Source: a bacterium
Lineage (GTDB): Bacteria > Patescibacteriota > Saccharimonadia > Saccharimonadales > Saccharimonadaceae
Reading direction: 5' to 3'
Assembly: GCA_963637115.1 (NCBI GenBank)
Contig: CAVHLO010000001.1
Location: 244,333 to 308,332 of the forward strand
Length of the DNA stretch: 64,000 nucleotides
Position numbers and translations under genes: made by a program. Within the stretch, counting starts at the first letter, position 1. Each line of letters begins with the position of its first letter. Below are positions 28,653 to 37,749 of this stretch, in pieces. The notes under the pieces were generated by a model that searched no databases, had not been told where the DNA came from, and worked only from the letters and a program-made list of their open reading frames with translations.

Positions 28653-30842
28653 TTACTGGGCGTGCTCGTCAAATTCTTCCATGGAAGAAATCAGGAGATC
28701 GCGGGGTTTAGTGCCACGAGTTGGGCCGACGACGCCGATGTCTTCGAGCCAGAAGCCGAGGCCGGAGACCCAGCCGTGCCCTTTGGACAAGCGGGTTTGG
28801 AGCATACCAGTTGAGAATTTGCCGCCAGCAATAGAAAGTTCGACTGCCTTGCGGACAAGCGGGTCGTTCGGGTCAAAAGTACGCCCCATGCCTTCCATGT
28901 CGCCACCGCCGCCGCCTTTCAAAGCGACTGTTTGAGCTACAACTTCATCATTATATTCTGGCGGGCGCTGAGCGCGAAGAAAATCTGTGACTTTTTCAAT
29001 GTCTTCGTCGGGGGTCCAAGCGCCCTGAATACGCTCGGGACCATTACCAGTGCCTTCGGCCGAGAGCAACATATCGCCTTTGCCGAGCAATTTTTCGGCA
29101 CCAGACAGGTCAAGAATAACGCGCGAATCCATAGAGGTTAGGACACGGAACGCGATACGGGACGGAATATTGCTTTTGATGAGGCCCGTAATGACTTTGA
29201 CGATTGGTTTCTGGGTGGCGAGAACGAGATGCATGCCAGCAGCACGACCGAGCTGGGCGATACGGACGATGAGCGGTTCGAGCTCTTTGGAAGCTTGCAT
29301 CATGAGATCCGACATTTCGTCAATAACAATGACAATGTAGGGCATTTTGCTATTTTCGGTGGCTGGAGCATCCTTCCCAGCATTGGTGGCGACGGGGTTT
29401 TTGGACATTTTTTTGTTGTAGTCGGAAATAGTTTTGACGCCTTCGTCGGCCATTAAATCATAGCGTCGGTCCATTTCGCCAGCTGCCCATTTCATGGCCG
29501 AAAGGGCTTTTTCGGTGCTGGTGATAATTGGAGTAAGCAGGTGCGGAATATCATTATAGGCGCGCATTTCGACTTTTTTCGGGTCGACAATAATCATACG
29601 CATATCGGAAGGAGCGTTGCGATAAAGCAGCGACATAATGAGAGTATTGGTCATGACAGATTTACCAGAGCCGGTAGTACCAGCGATAAGCAAGTGACGC
29701 ATGTCGGCAAGGTCGGCAACTACGGGTTTGCCGGAAATGTTTTTGCCAATGACGAACGAAAGCGGGCCAGAACCTTTTTTCCATTCGGGGGTTTCGATAA
29801 CGCCCCTTAGGGAGACAGATTCGGAACGAACATTCGGGACTTCAACACCGATGAGCTGGGTGCCTGGAATTGGCGCCTCGATACGGACAGTGGTGGCGGA
29901 AAGTTTGTAGGCGAGTTCTTTGTCGCGAGCAGCGATTTTGGCAAGGTTAACCCCGCCTGGGGCTTTTAGGGTGTATTGAGTAACGCGCGGCCCGACGTTG
30001 GCGCCTTCCATTTCGACGTCGATACCAAATTCGGCAAAAGTATCTTTGATAATGAAAGCGTTTTGCTGAATATTACCAGCATCGGCGGGGGATTGTTTTT
30101 TGGTAAGCAAATCAACCGACGGAAGCTTCCAGTTCGGATCGGTGGTAGCCGTGAGAGCGGAAGGTTCTTTGACAGGTTCGGGCTCGGTAGGTTTTTTGGC
30201 TTTGGCAAATTTTTTGGGCGAAGCGTCGAGAGTGGCGCTGCCAGAATTGACTTTGATTTCGAGCTGGCCGAATTTGCGGTTTGGTTTTTCGTTGTTGTCG
30301 GTTGTAGTTTTAGTGGTTTGGTCGTGATTTTTGAGATTTTTGGCGCCTTTGAATAGAGTGAGTGGAGAAAGTTGAAGCATAAATAAGGCGGTGATAAAAA
30401 TCAAAATTAGGTAGATAAAAATGACGGCGGTTGGGCTAAGGACGTTAAGCATGAGCGAATTAAGACCGTTGCCGATGATGCCACCGTTGTGCCAAATGGC
30501 GGCGATGCCAGAAAGCCAGAGAATGATAAGGAGACTAGAAAAGTAAACTGGGGCGGCGACGCGGTTGTCTGGGGAGCGGAAAATTTTGACAGCAAGATAG
30601 ACCAGGAGCGGAGGGATGAAATAAGTGGCAAAGCCGAGGCCGTTTAAGATGAATTGGTGAATGTTGTTAGTGATAGTGCCACCTTGACCAAACCAAGTGA
30701 TGACAAAGAAAAGCGCAAGAGCGAGCAAGATAACGGCGAAGATTTGACGCCAAAAACCACCTGGGAGCTCGTGCTCAACAGGGGCTTCTTTTTTGGTCCG
30801 TTTAGAGGTTTTACGTGTGGATTTGCGCTTTTTGGTAGGCAT
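28653..30842 (-). CDS. ftsK: DNA translocase FtsK/SpoIIIE
   Basis: N-terminal TM helices, motor domain with Walker A GTTGSGKSV and Walker B IVIVIDE, and a C-terminal gamma wHTH. Confidence 0.92.
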   Translation of the reverse strand: MPTKKRKSTRKTSKRTKKEAPVEHELPGGFWRQIFAVILLALALFFVITWFGQGGTITNNIHQFILNGLGFATYFIPPLLVYLAVKIFRSPDNRVAAPVYFSSLLIILWLSGIAAIWHNGGIIGNGLNSLMLNVLSPTAVIFIYLILIFITALFMLQLSPLTLFKGAKNLKNHDQTTKTTTDNNEKPNRKFGQLEIKVNSGSATLDASPKKFAKAKKPTEPEPVKEPSALTATTDPNWKLPSVDLLTKKQSPADAGNIQQNAFIIKDTFAEFGIDVEMEGANVGPRVTQYTLKAPGGVNLAKIAARDKELAYKLSATTVRIEAPIPGTQLIGVEVPNVRSESVSLRGVIETPEWKKGSGPLSFVIGKNISGKPVVADLADMRHLLIAGTTGSGKSVMTNTLIMSLLYRNAPSDMRMIIVDPKKVEMRAYNDIPHLLTPIITSTEKALSAMKWAAGEMDRRYDLMADEGVKTISDYNKKMSKNPVATNAGKDAPATENSKMPYIVIVIDEMSDLMMQASKELEPLIVRIAQLGRAAGMHLVLATQKPIVKVITGLIKSNIPSRIAFRVLTSMDSRVILDLSGAEKLLGKGDMLLSAEGTGNGPERIQGAWTPDEDIEKVTDFLRAQRPPEYNDEVVAQTVALKGGGGGDMEGMGRTFDPNDPLVRKAVELSIAGGKFSTGMLQTRLSKGHGWVSGLGFWLEDIGVVGPTRGTKPRDLLISSMEEFDEHAQ

Positions 30843-30931
30843 AGTTCTATTATAGCACAGATTACGGGAAAACGCAAGCGGTTTCGGAGGGGTTGATGCT
30901 TTTTAATTTTTGTGGTAGAATGAGAGGGCGT

Positions 30932-31006
30932 TAGGCCGTCGCCAAGTGGTAAGGCAACGGGTTTTGGTCCCGTCATTCGCAGGTTCGAATCCTGCCGGCC
31001 TAGCCA
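30932..31006 (+). tRNA. tRNA-Gln (anticodon UUG)
   Basis: Cloverleaf: acceptor TAGGCCG/CGGCCTA (U1:A72), anticodon stem ACGGG/CCCGT with loop TTTTGGT, T arm GCAGG-TTCGAAT-CCTGC, encoded CCA. Confidence 0.9.
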
Positions 31007-31117
31007 TATGAGTCTTTCGCCTCCAGTGGGCGTTTTTTGTTGGGGATTCGGACCTACGGTGCGAATCCTGCCGGCCTAGCCATATGAGTCTTTCGCCTCC
31101 AGTGGGCGTTTTTTGTT
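30986..31117 (+). repeat. 56-nt perfect direct repeat of the tRNA-Gln 3' end plus its downstream hairpin/T-run (copies 30986-31041 and 31062-31117; 20-nt spacer)
   Basis: Both copies read CGAATCCTGCCGGCCTAGCCATATGAGTCTTTCGCCTCCAGTGGGCGTTTTTTGTT. The spacer GGGGATTCGGACCTACGGTG contains GGATTCG, complementary to the CGAATCC that starts copy 2. Confidence 0.9.
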
Positions 31118-31128
31118 ATAATTATCGT

Positions 31129-31563
31129 ATGATACAGATTATTGCTGGGGGGAAGAAAAATACGGAGTGGGTGGCCGAGGCGGTAGCTGAGTATGAGAAG
31201 CGCCTGCGGAAGCCGTTTGAGGTCGCCTGGCGGTTTATGTCTGAGGAGAAACTCGGGGAGTTTTTGGATGGTTGGCCGTTTCGGGCAGGCGAGGAATTTG
31301 TAATTTGTTGTGACGAGCGTGGAAAAAATATATCATCAGACGAATATTCTCTCTGTTTAGAAAAAGCATTTTTGGACGGAAAAGACGTGGTGATTTTGAT
31401 TGGTGGGGCATATGGATTTTCGGACTTGGTGCGAGAAAAGGCGGATTTGGTGTGGAGTTTTTCGAAATTGGTCTTTCCCCATCAGTTATGCCGTGTAATG
31501 GTGATCGAACAGATTTATCGGGCACAGGAAATTGCGCGAGGTGGAAAATATCATCACGCGTGA
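31129..31563 (+). CDS. rlmH: 23S rRNA (pseudouridine1915-N3)-methyltransferase RlmH (SPOUT)
   Basis: MIQIIAGGKK...CDERGKNISS...ILIGGAYGFS. ATG 31129 lies 6 nt after TATAAT (31117-31122). The track start at 31084 lies inside the tRNA repeat. Confidence 0.85.
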   Translation: MIQIIAGGKKNTEWVAEAVAEYEKRLRKPFEVAWRFMSEEKLGEFLDGWPFRAGEEFVICCDERGKNISSDEYSLCLEKAFLDGKDVVILIGGAYGFSDLVREKADLVWSFSKLVFPHQLCRVMVIEQIYRAQEIARGGKYHHA

Positions 31564-31634
31564 GAAAGTTTGATGTCGCGTTTCTTAGAAAATGACTTAG
31601 TGCGAAAATATGCGCGGTGTGATATAATTAAGAT

Positions 31635-32660
31635 ATGAAAATTTTGGGAATTGAGACAAGCTGTGACGAGACGGCGGCAGCGGTGGTCGAGGACGGGCGC
31701 GAGGTGCTGTCGAACGTGGTGGTGTCGCAGATTGATATTTTTGCAGAATATGGAGGTGTCATTCCAGAGGTGGCGGCGCGGTCGCATCTCGAGGTGATGA
31801 TGCCGGTGGTAGATAAGGCGCTGAGCGATGCGAAGTGCGATTGGGATGATATTGATGCAATTGCGGTGACGCATGCGCCTGGGCTACTCGGGTCACTACT
31901 GATTGGGACGCTAACAGCAAGGACGCTCGCGATTTTGCACGAAAAACCGCTTTATGCGGTACATCATTTGAAGTCGCATGTGTATGCGAATTGGCTTCTT
32001 AATCATAATCTTCCGACTTTTCCGCTACTAGCATTGGTAGTTTCGGGTGGACATACACAGATTTTGCAGATGCCGGCGCATAATCGGTTTGAGATTGTGG
32101 GGACGACGCGGGATGATGCGATTGGGGAGTGTTTTGATAAGGTGGCGAAGATTTTGGGGCTGGCTTATCCTGGGGGACCGTCGATTGCGAAGGTGGCGGC
32201 ACAGGGGGACGCGAATAAGTATCAGTTGCCACACCCAAATGTTGAAGGCTTAGATTTTTCATTTTCGGGACTAAAAACTGCGGTTTTGCGCTCAGTACAG
32301 AAAGAATTGGGGCTGCCGATTTCGCATCCATCGCACGACCTAAAAAATCACTTGTCAGAACAACAAGTGTGCGATTTTGCGGCGTCGTTTCAGAAAACGG
32401 CGGTGGATATTTTGGTGGAGAAATTGAAAAAGGCGCTGGATTTGTACCCCGAGACACAGGCGGTAGTGCTGGCGGGAGGAGTGTCGGCAAACCAAGCTTT
32501 GCGCGAGGCGCTACCCGAGGCTTACTTCCCTGCGCTGAAATTTGCGGGTGATAATGGCGCAATGGTAGCCGCGGCGGCGTATTATGAGATTTCAACAGGG
32601 GTGGAGCCGGTGGACCCGTATGTACTAAATATTTATCCGCGGATTTCGATTGAGAGTTAG
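31635..32660 (+). CDS. tsaD: tRNA N6-adenosine threonylcarbamoyltransferase TsaD
   Basis: MKILGIETSCDETAAAVV..., the HHLKSH metal site, and SGGHT. Full-length Kae1/TsaD. Confidence 0.92.
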   Translation: MKILGIETSCDETAAAVVEDGREVLSNVVVSQIDIFAEYGGVIPEVAARSHLEVMMPVVDKALSDAKCDWDDIDAIAVTHAPGLLGSLLIGTLTARTLAILHEKPLYAVHHLKSHVYANWLLNHNLPTFPLLALVVSGGHTQILQMPAHNRFEIVGTTRDDAIGECFDKVAKILGLAYPGGPSIAKVAAQGDANKYQLPHPNVEGLDFSFSGLKTAVLRSVQKELGLPISHPSHDLKNHLSEQQVCDFAASFQKTAVDILVEKLKKALDLYPETQAVVLAGGVSANQALREALPEAYFPALKFAGDNGAMVAAAAYYEISTGVEPVDPYVLNIYPRISIES

Positions 32661-34948
32661 ATGGCAATTTTGGGGTGGGATTTGAGGAATTTGGTGGTGA
32701 AGTGAGTGGAGAGACAACGGATGAGGAAGAAAAGCACATAGCTGATGACGATGAAAAGAGTGACGATGAGGAGCTTGTCGGGGGTGAGAAGGGTGAAATC
32801 GAGAAATTTGCGGAAAGGCGGAGTAAAGAGAGCAAAGGTGATGATGCCGAAAATGACGACGAGAAGTAGGCGGCGGAGGAAGTTAAGCGGGCGTGAAATC
32901 CAGATAATGAGCAAGAAATCTATAGCGAAGGTGATAAGCGCGGAGGAGGTGATAAGTTCGGGGCGAGTGAAATCGTTGAGACTGGCGACGATAGAGAGCG
33001 CGAGCATAGAGATGGCGACGGTGAGGCCGGTCGGGACGGAATATTGAAGGATATTAGTCAGGAAGCGATTTTTGACACGGGCGGTGTTTTTTTCGAGCGC
33101 AAGAATGACGCCTGGGAGGCCGATACAGGCAAAATTTAGAAGCGACATTTCGAGCGGAGCAAAGGGATATTCGAGCGGGATGAGAATAAAAACGAGGGCG
33201 AGAATAGCGGCGTAGGTGTTTTTGCTGAGAAAGAGGGTGGCGGAGCGTTCGAGGTTGTTGATAGACTGGCGACCTTCGGCGATGACGTTGGGGACGCCGG
33301 CGAAATCGCTATTTAAGAGAACGAGTTTAGCGGCGCGGCGAGCAGCATCGGAGCCTTCGCCGATGGCGATTGAGCAGTCCGCCTCTTTCATGGCAAGGAT
33401 ATCGTTCACGCCGTCGCCGGTCATAGCGACAGTCTTTCCCTGTTTTTTCAGAGCCCTAACAAGGGATTTTTTCTGGGCGGGTTTGACGCGAGTGAAAATG
33501 TTGTAGGTTTTGACGAGATTTTCGTAATTTAGAGGCGTTTTATAGGTTGAGAGATCGACTGGACGCAGGTCTTCGAGGCCGACTTGCTTAGCGATAGTGG
33601 TGACGGTTTTTAGGTTGTCGCCAGAGATGATTTTGACGGCGACGTCGTTTTCTTTGAAAAAGTTAATGATGTTTTTGGCATCCGTGCGGAGTTCATCTTC
33701 GAGCAGAACATAGCCGAGTAATTCGTCATCTTTTACTACTGCGAGTACTCGGTAGTTGCCTGGGAAGGCGGGTTTTTCGTCAGTAAGGAATTCGGGGGCG
33801 CCCATGAGGTAGGTGGCGGTTTCAGTCTTAACGCCAGAATATTTGCGGTCGGAGGAGAAAGAAATGACCTCGAGAATTGGCTCTGTGGGCTTAAATTTGG
33901 CCGTTTTGAGCAGTTTTTCTTTCAAAGCGCGACTAGTGGCGTTGTCGACGTCTTGGGCGCTTAGAATAAGCTTGAGCGCGTTCTCAAGGGCATTTTTGGT
34001 GTGGTTTTTGGTCGGAATGAGCTCTTTTACGGTCATTCTGCCGGTAGTGAGGGTGCCAGTTTTGTCGAGACAAATCGTATCAACGCGAGCGAGGGTTTCG
34101 ATAGAATAGAGATCTTGGACTAGGACTTTTTGGCGACTGAGACGAATGGTAGCAAGGGCGAGGACGCTACTAGTCAGCAAAACTAGACCTTCGGGGATCA
34201 TACTAATAAGGCCGGCGACAGTGCTAGTAACGGCAATCTCAGGGGTGGTGTCGGGGACGCGAAATCGGGCGAGCAACAGCAAAATACCGATAGGAATAAG
34301 TGTAAAAGAGATGTATTTGACAATGTTGTTAATGAGACTAAAAAGCTTAGAATCGGCGGTTTTGATAGCGCGGGCGTCGGATTCGAGTTTATTGATAAAA
34401 TTATTGGCGCCAACAGAGGTCGCAGTGGCCATACAAGTGCCAGAAACGACGAAACTGCCAGAGGTGAGCGTGTCGCCGGCACTTTTTTGAATGTTGTCTT
34501 GTTCACCAGTGATGAAAGCTTCGTTGACTTCGATATTTCCCTGTTCGATGCGGGAATCGACGATAATTTGGTCGCCGAGTTTAAAAACGAGAAGATCGCC
34601 GTCGACGATTTCGCTGGCGGGAATTTGGCGCGGTTTGCCATCCCTGATGACGGTGGGTTTTTGCTCGGCGATAAGGCGCATTTTGTCGACGGTTTTTTTG
34701 GCGCGGATGGAATTAATGATGCTGATTAAAGTGTTGGCGATGGCAACGAGAATGAAAAGCAGGTTTTTATAGGCACCGACCGAAATAATCATGAGTGCGA
34801 GAATTAGATTGACAAGGTTAAAAATTGTCAGAGTGTTTCTCAAAATAATTTTTAGGATAGTGTTATTGGAGCTATGAGGTGGGCGATTAACACGACCTTC
34901 GGCGATACGCTGCTTGACTTGTTTTTCGGTGAGACCTCGTAAATTCAT
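32657..34948 (-). CDS. cation-transporting P-type ATPase (HAD-type, P2/P3-like)
   Basis: Phosphorylation motif CLDKTGTLTTG, hinge TGDGVNDILAMKEAD, and about 10 TM segments. Confidence 0.88.
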   Translation of the reverse strand: MNLRGLTEKQVKQRIAEGRVNRPPHSSNNTILKIILRNTLTIFNLVNLILALMIISVGAYKNLLFILVAIANTLISIINSIRAKKTVDKMRLIAEQKPTVIRDGKPRQIPASEIVDGDLLVFKLGDQIIVDSRIEQGNIEVNEAFITGEQDNIQKSAGDTLTSGSFVVSGTCMATATSVGANNFINKLESDARAIKTADSKLFSLINNIVKYISFTLIPIGILLLLARFRVPDTTPEIAVTSTVAGLISMIPEGLVLLTSSVLALATIRLSRQKVLVQDLYSIETLARVDTICLDKTGTLTTGRMTVKELIPTKNHTKNALENALKLILSAQDVDNATSRALKEKLLKTAKFKPTEPILEVISFSSDRKYSGVKTETATYLMGAPEFLTDEKPAFPGNYRVLAVVKDDELLGYVLLEDELRTDAKNIINFFKENDVAVKIISGDNLKTVTTIAKQVGLEDLRPVDLSTYKTPLNYENLVKTYNIFTRVKPAQKKSLVRALKKQGKTVAMTGDGVNDILAMKEADCSIAIGEGSDAARRAAKLVLLNSDFAGVPNVIAEGRQSINNLERSATLFLSKNTYAAILALVFILIPLEYPFAPLEMSLLNFACIGLPGVILALEKNTARVKNRFLTNILQYSVPTGLTVAISMLALSIVASLNDFTRPELITSSALITFAIDFLLIIWISRPLNFLRRLLLVVIFGIITFALFTPPFRKFLDFTLLTPDKLLIVTLFIVISYVLFFLIRCLSTHFTTKFLKSHPKIAI

Positions 34949-34955
34949 AGAGAAA

Positions 34956-36065
34956 TTATAGCATATTCAGGTGTTTTAGGTGGTGGAGCAGGGCGTGGAG
35001 ATGGTAAAATGGCAGATTGACGGGGAGTTCATAAGCGCCGAGTAATTCAGTGACGCGACCGGTAGTTTCGGAAGTGAAGCCTTTTTTGAAGTCGTAGATA
35101 CCGTTGTCTTGCGAGTTCGGATCGGGGAGGCCGTTGATACCGTAGAAATTATAGCGTTTGAATTTGTGTTCGGCGGCGTATTTGATCATGTGCCATTGAA
35201 TTAAATATTGAGCGTTGTATTCTTTCATGTAGGTTTCGTCGCTACCAGAGAAGAGATAAATAACTTCGTCGCCATAAAGCATAAACATAGCGGCGGAGAG
35301 TGGGGTGTTTTTCAGGGGAGTGGCGGTCGACGCTGCTGTGGCGCCTGATACCTCCGCGACGAGAAATTTTACTTCCCCTCTGTCGGCAAAAAGGTCATAC
35401 ATCTGTTCGTAATATTTCAGAGGTTTGTCGGTAAAGTGGCGGCGGGCGGAAGTCGAGGCGGTGATTTGCTTGAAAATTGAGAGTTCGTCGCGGGAGAGTT
35501 CACGGATCTCGACGCCTTTTTTCTCGGCTTTGCGGATATGATTTCTAGTGTTGCGCTTAAAATCGGCGAAAATTTCGTCAGGGGTGCGATTATTGAGCTC
35601 TAAAACGAAGGCATATTTTGGCTCGTCGGAGGTTTTTAGGGGTTTAAAACCGAGAGTTTGGAGATTTTTTACGGCTTTTTGGTGATTAAAACCGTTTTTG
35701 ACTGGTTCGCCGGCGCGATCGCGTTCGATAAGTTCGTAATAAGGTTCGATGTGGAGAACATAGCCGTTGTGAGTTTTGGCGAAGTGGCGGAGGTGGCGGA
35801 TAAAAAAGTTGAGAATTTTAGTGTCTTCGTAATCGACCAACGGACCACCTGGGGCGTAGAAAATCGACTTACCGAGAAAGGCTGGTTTGGCGACGACAAG
35901 AGAAGCGGCGACGAGTTTTTCGGCGTTCTTGACGCCAAAATAATAAGCCGTCCAACCGTTTTGTTCGCGCAAGTTCGCGATTTCGGGAGTTTGGTAGAAA
36001 GATTTGTTCGGGTGATTCTTGGCGAAATTACGAAATTCCGTGGGGGTGAGTTCGATAAATTGCAT
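34956..36065 (-). CDS. FemAB-family peptidoglycan interpeptide-bridge aminoacyltransferase
   Basis: Full-length FemAB/MurM-like (FYQTPEIANLREQNGW..., YNAQYLIQWHMIKYA, RYNFYGI). Confidence 0.8.
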   Translation of the reverse strand: MQFIELTPTEFRNFAKNHPNKSFYQTPEIANLREQNGWTAYYFGVKNAEKLVAASLVVAKPAFLGKSIFYAPGGPLVDYEDTKILNFFIRHLRHFAKTHNGYVLHIEPYYELIERDRAGEPVKNGFNHQKAVKNLQTLGFKPLKTSDEPKYAFVLELNNRTPDEIFADFKRNTRNHIRKAEKKGVEIRELSRDELSIFKQITASTSARRHFTDKPLKYYEQMYDLFADRGEVKFLVAEVSGATAASTATPLKNTPLSAAMFMLYGDEVIYLFSGSDETYMKEYNAQYLIQWHMIKYAAEHKFKRYNFYGINGLPDPNSQDNGIYDFKKGFTSETTGRVTELLGAYELPVNLPFYHLHALLHHLKHLNML

Positions 36066-36066
36066 G

Positions 36067-37164
36067 TTATTTCCTTATTAAACGGTTAAATTTACGGAGA
36101 AGTGAGTAAAGGCGGTATTTGGTGGGGTCGAGGACGAGGTCGTAGGTGCCGGCGTAGTCGACTTCGGTGCCAGCGAAGGTCTTTTTGAAGTTGGTGAAGC
36201 CCTGCCAAGGGTGGTCTTTGGGGGCGTTTTCGGGGGCGATACCCCAGAAATCGAAGGTTTTTTGACCTTTCTTGGCGGCGTCGAGGATTAGCTGAATAGT
36301 CAAAATTCCGGTGGCGTGGAGCTTTCTTCCCTGTTCGGATTGGGCGCCTTGGAGATTATAACGCGTGGTACAGTCGTCGAAAACGAGGCCGGCAGCGATG
36401 ACTTCGCCTATATTATTAAGAGCTGGAATGACTTCTCTCGGGTCGCGTCCGGTCAGCCCGTCGCCACGGGTGACCGGCGCTAATCCTCGCGCTGCCGCGC
36501 TCCGGAATCCCCTCGAGAAGTCATTCTCAGCTTCATAGTCAACCGTGCTCGAACACCCGTCGCCACATATATTCCTCGAACGAGGGTGTTCTGCGCACGC
36601 ACTAACAAGATAGAGGGTGGCGAAGGGTTGCTTTAGCTCCGTTTTTAGGTAATTTTCGGAGAAAGTGTTGATTTTTTTCTCCTTGGCGAGAGCTTTTTGG
36701 AGGTCTAGGAGATAGCGGATATCATCGGGGTTGTGGCTAGTGGTGATTTTGATGCCGTTTTTTTCGGCGTTTTTATAATAGCGCAAAAGTCGCGAGGGGA
36801 GGCGGGATTTTAGGTCGTCTTCCTTCCCTGTTAGATCGAGCTTCCAAGTCTCTTTGGGGTTTAAATCAGTTGATTTTTTAGCAATTCGGGGGAGATGATC
36901 AGTAAAAATTTTAGATTGAGGCTCGACGCGAATAAAAAAGGCGTTTTGGCGACTGGCGAGGTTTTTAAGACTTTTAAGCGAATTTTCAAAACCAGATTTT
37001 TGCTCAAAAACTGGTCCATAGGGGAGATAAAGGTAGTTCCCCACTGGAGTTTTTTTCAAAATCGCCAGATATTGGTAGCCACTTCCCTGCTCAAAAAAAC
37101 TTACTTCGTGCAAATCATCCTGAAGTTGTTTCCATTCTGAAGTCTGCGTAATCGGTGCATTCAT
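36067..37164 (-). CDS. FemAB-family aminoacyltransferase paralog carrying in-frame palindromic insertions
   Basis: FemAB-like N-terminal and C-terminal halves (LYLPYGPV..., YNLQGAQSE, FDFWGIAP), interrupted by a GC-rich segment of about 57 codons (CAEHPRSRNICGDG...RDPREVIPA). Confidence 0.75.
   Translation of the reverse strand: MNAPITQTSEWKQLQDDLHEVSFFEQGSGYQYLAILKKTPVGNYLYLPYGPVFEQKSGFENSLKSLKNLASRQNAFFIRVEPQSKIFTDHLPRIAKKSTDLNPKETWKLDLTGKEDDLKSRLPSRLLRYYKNAEKNGIKITTSHNPDDIRYLLDLQKALAKEKKINTFSENYLKTELKQPFATLYLVSACAEHPRSRNICGDGCSSTVDYEAENDFSRGFRSAAARGLAPVTRGDGLTGRDPREVIPALNNIGEVIAAGLVFDDCTTRYNLQGAQSEQGRKLHATGILTIQLILDAAKKGQKTFDFWGIAPENAPKDHPWQGFTNFKKTFAGTEVDYAGTYDLVLDPTKYRLYSLLRKFNRLIRK
36426..36591 (-). 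repeat. two adjacent GC-rich palindromic elements inside the FemAB paralog (full copy 36426-36526, short copy 36551-36591)
   Basis: Perfect 12-bp termini GAATGACTTCTC/GAGAAGTCATTC. Internal hairpins at 36445-36480 and 36489-36500. The core GCCCGTCGCCACGGGT is shared with the valS element. The short copy has GAACACCC/GGGTGTTC termini and the same CCCGTCGCCAC core. Confidence 0.8.
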
Positions 37165-37486
37165 AATAAACCCATTATATCATATGGTCATGTGTATTTT
37201 TTTGACAACTTAAGCGTTTTATTTTTGCTTATGCAAAATCTCCGGCTTAGATTTTAAGTCGGTTGCTAAATAATGTTCGCCCACCTATTTCCCAACTGCT
37301 CCGGTCTCGGATGCTAGTGGTTAGTTCAATTTTAGCGCGAGCGGGTTGGTTTGTCAAGTTGGTTGCTAGCCGTCGTGGTTGCTAGCATAACGGGGAATTA
37401 GTTTCTAAAACTGCTTGTGGTTTGGTGGAAAAACATGAGAATTTTAGGTGGAAAATTTTTCGGCTCCAGTGTGATACAATTAAGAT

Positions 37487-37699
37487 ATGGCTTTTATAAG
37501 AAAATTCAAAACAACTTCGGGCGCGACTGGGGTGCAGGTGGTTTATAAAGAGGGGGAACGAGTGGTAAAAACGGTGCATGTCGGGTCAGCATCGTCGGAG
37601 GAAAAGTTGCTAAAACTTTTGCGAAAAGCGCAGGGAATTATAGATAGCGACAAAATACCGCTGTTTGACCTAGATAAGTTTAATAGGGAAATAAAGTAA
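37487..37699 (+). pseudogene. N-terminal remnant of an IS1634/IS4-like transposase (70 codons)
   Basis: MAFIRKFKTTSGATGVQVVYKEGERVVKTVHVGSA resembles the conserved N-terminus of IS1634-group transposases. The rest of the gene is absent. Confidence 0.45.
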
Positions 37700-37704
37700 A
37701 CATG

Positions 37705-37728
37705 AAAAAACCCGCCTTGAGGCGGGCT
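37705..37728 (-). terminator. rho-independent terminator of the GH13 gene
   Basis: Minus strand: CCCGCC-TCAA-GGCGGG followed by T6. Confidence 0.75.
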
Positions 37729-37749
37729 TTCGTCTATCAGTTGTTTTTA

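Noticed and set aside
31999-32835. 278-aa ORF on the minus strand across tsaD and the ATPase 3' end
   Set aside because: It lies antisense to two strongly supported genes, has Pro/Ser-rich low-complexity translation, and shows no promoter or Shine-Dalgarno context. It is a typical shadow ORF in moderately GC-rich coding DNA. The same reasoning applies to ORFs 9866-10348, 10740-11294, 12836-13486 and 45857-46261.
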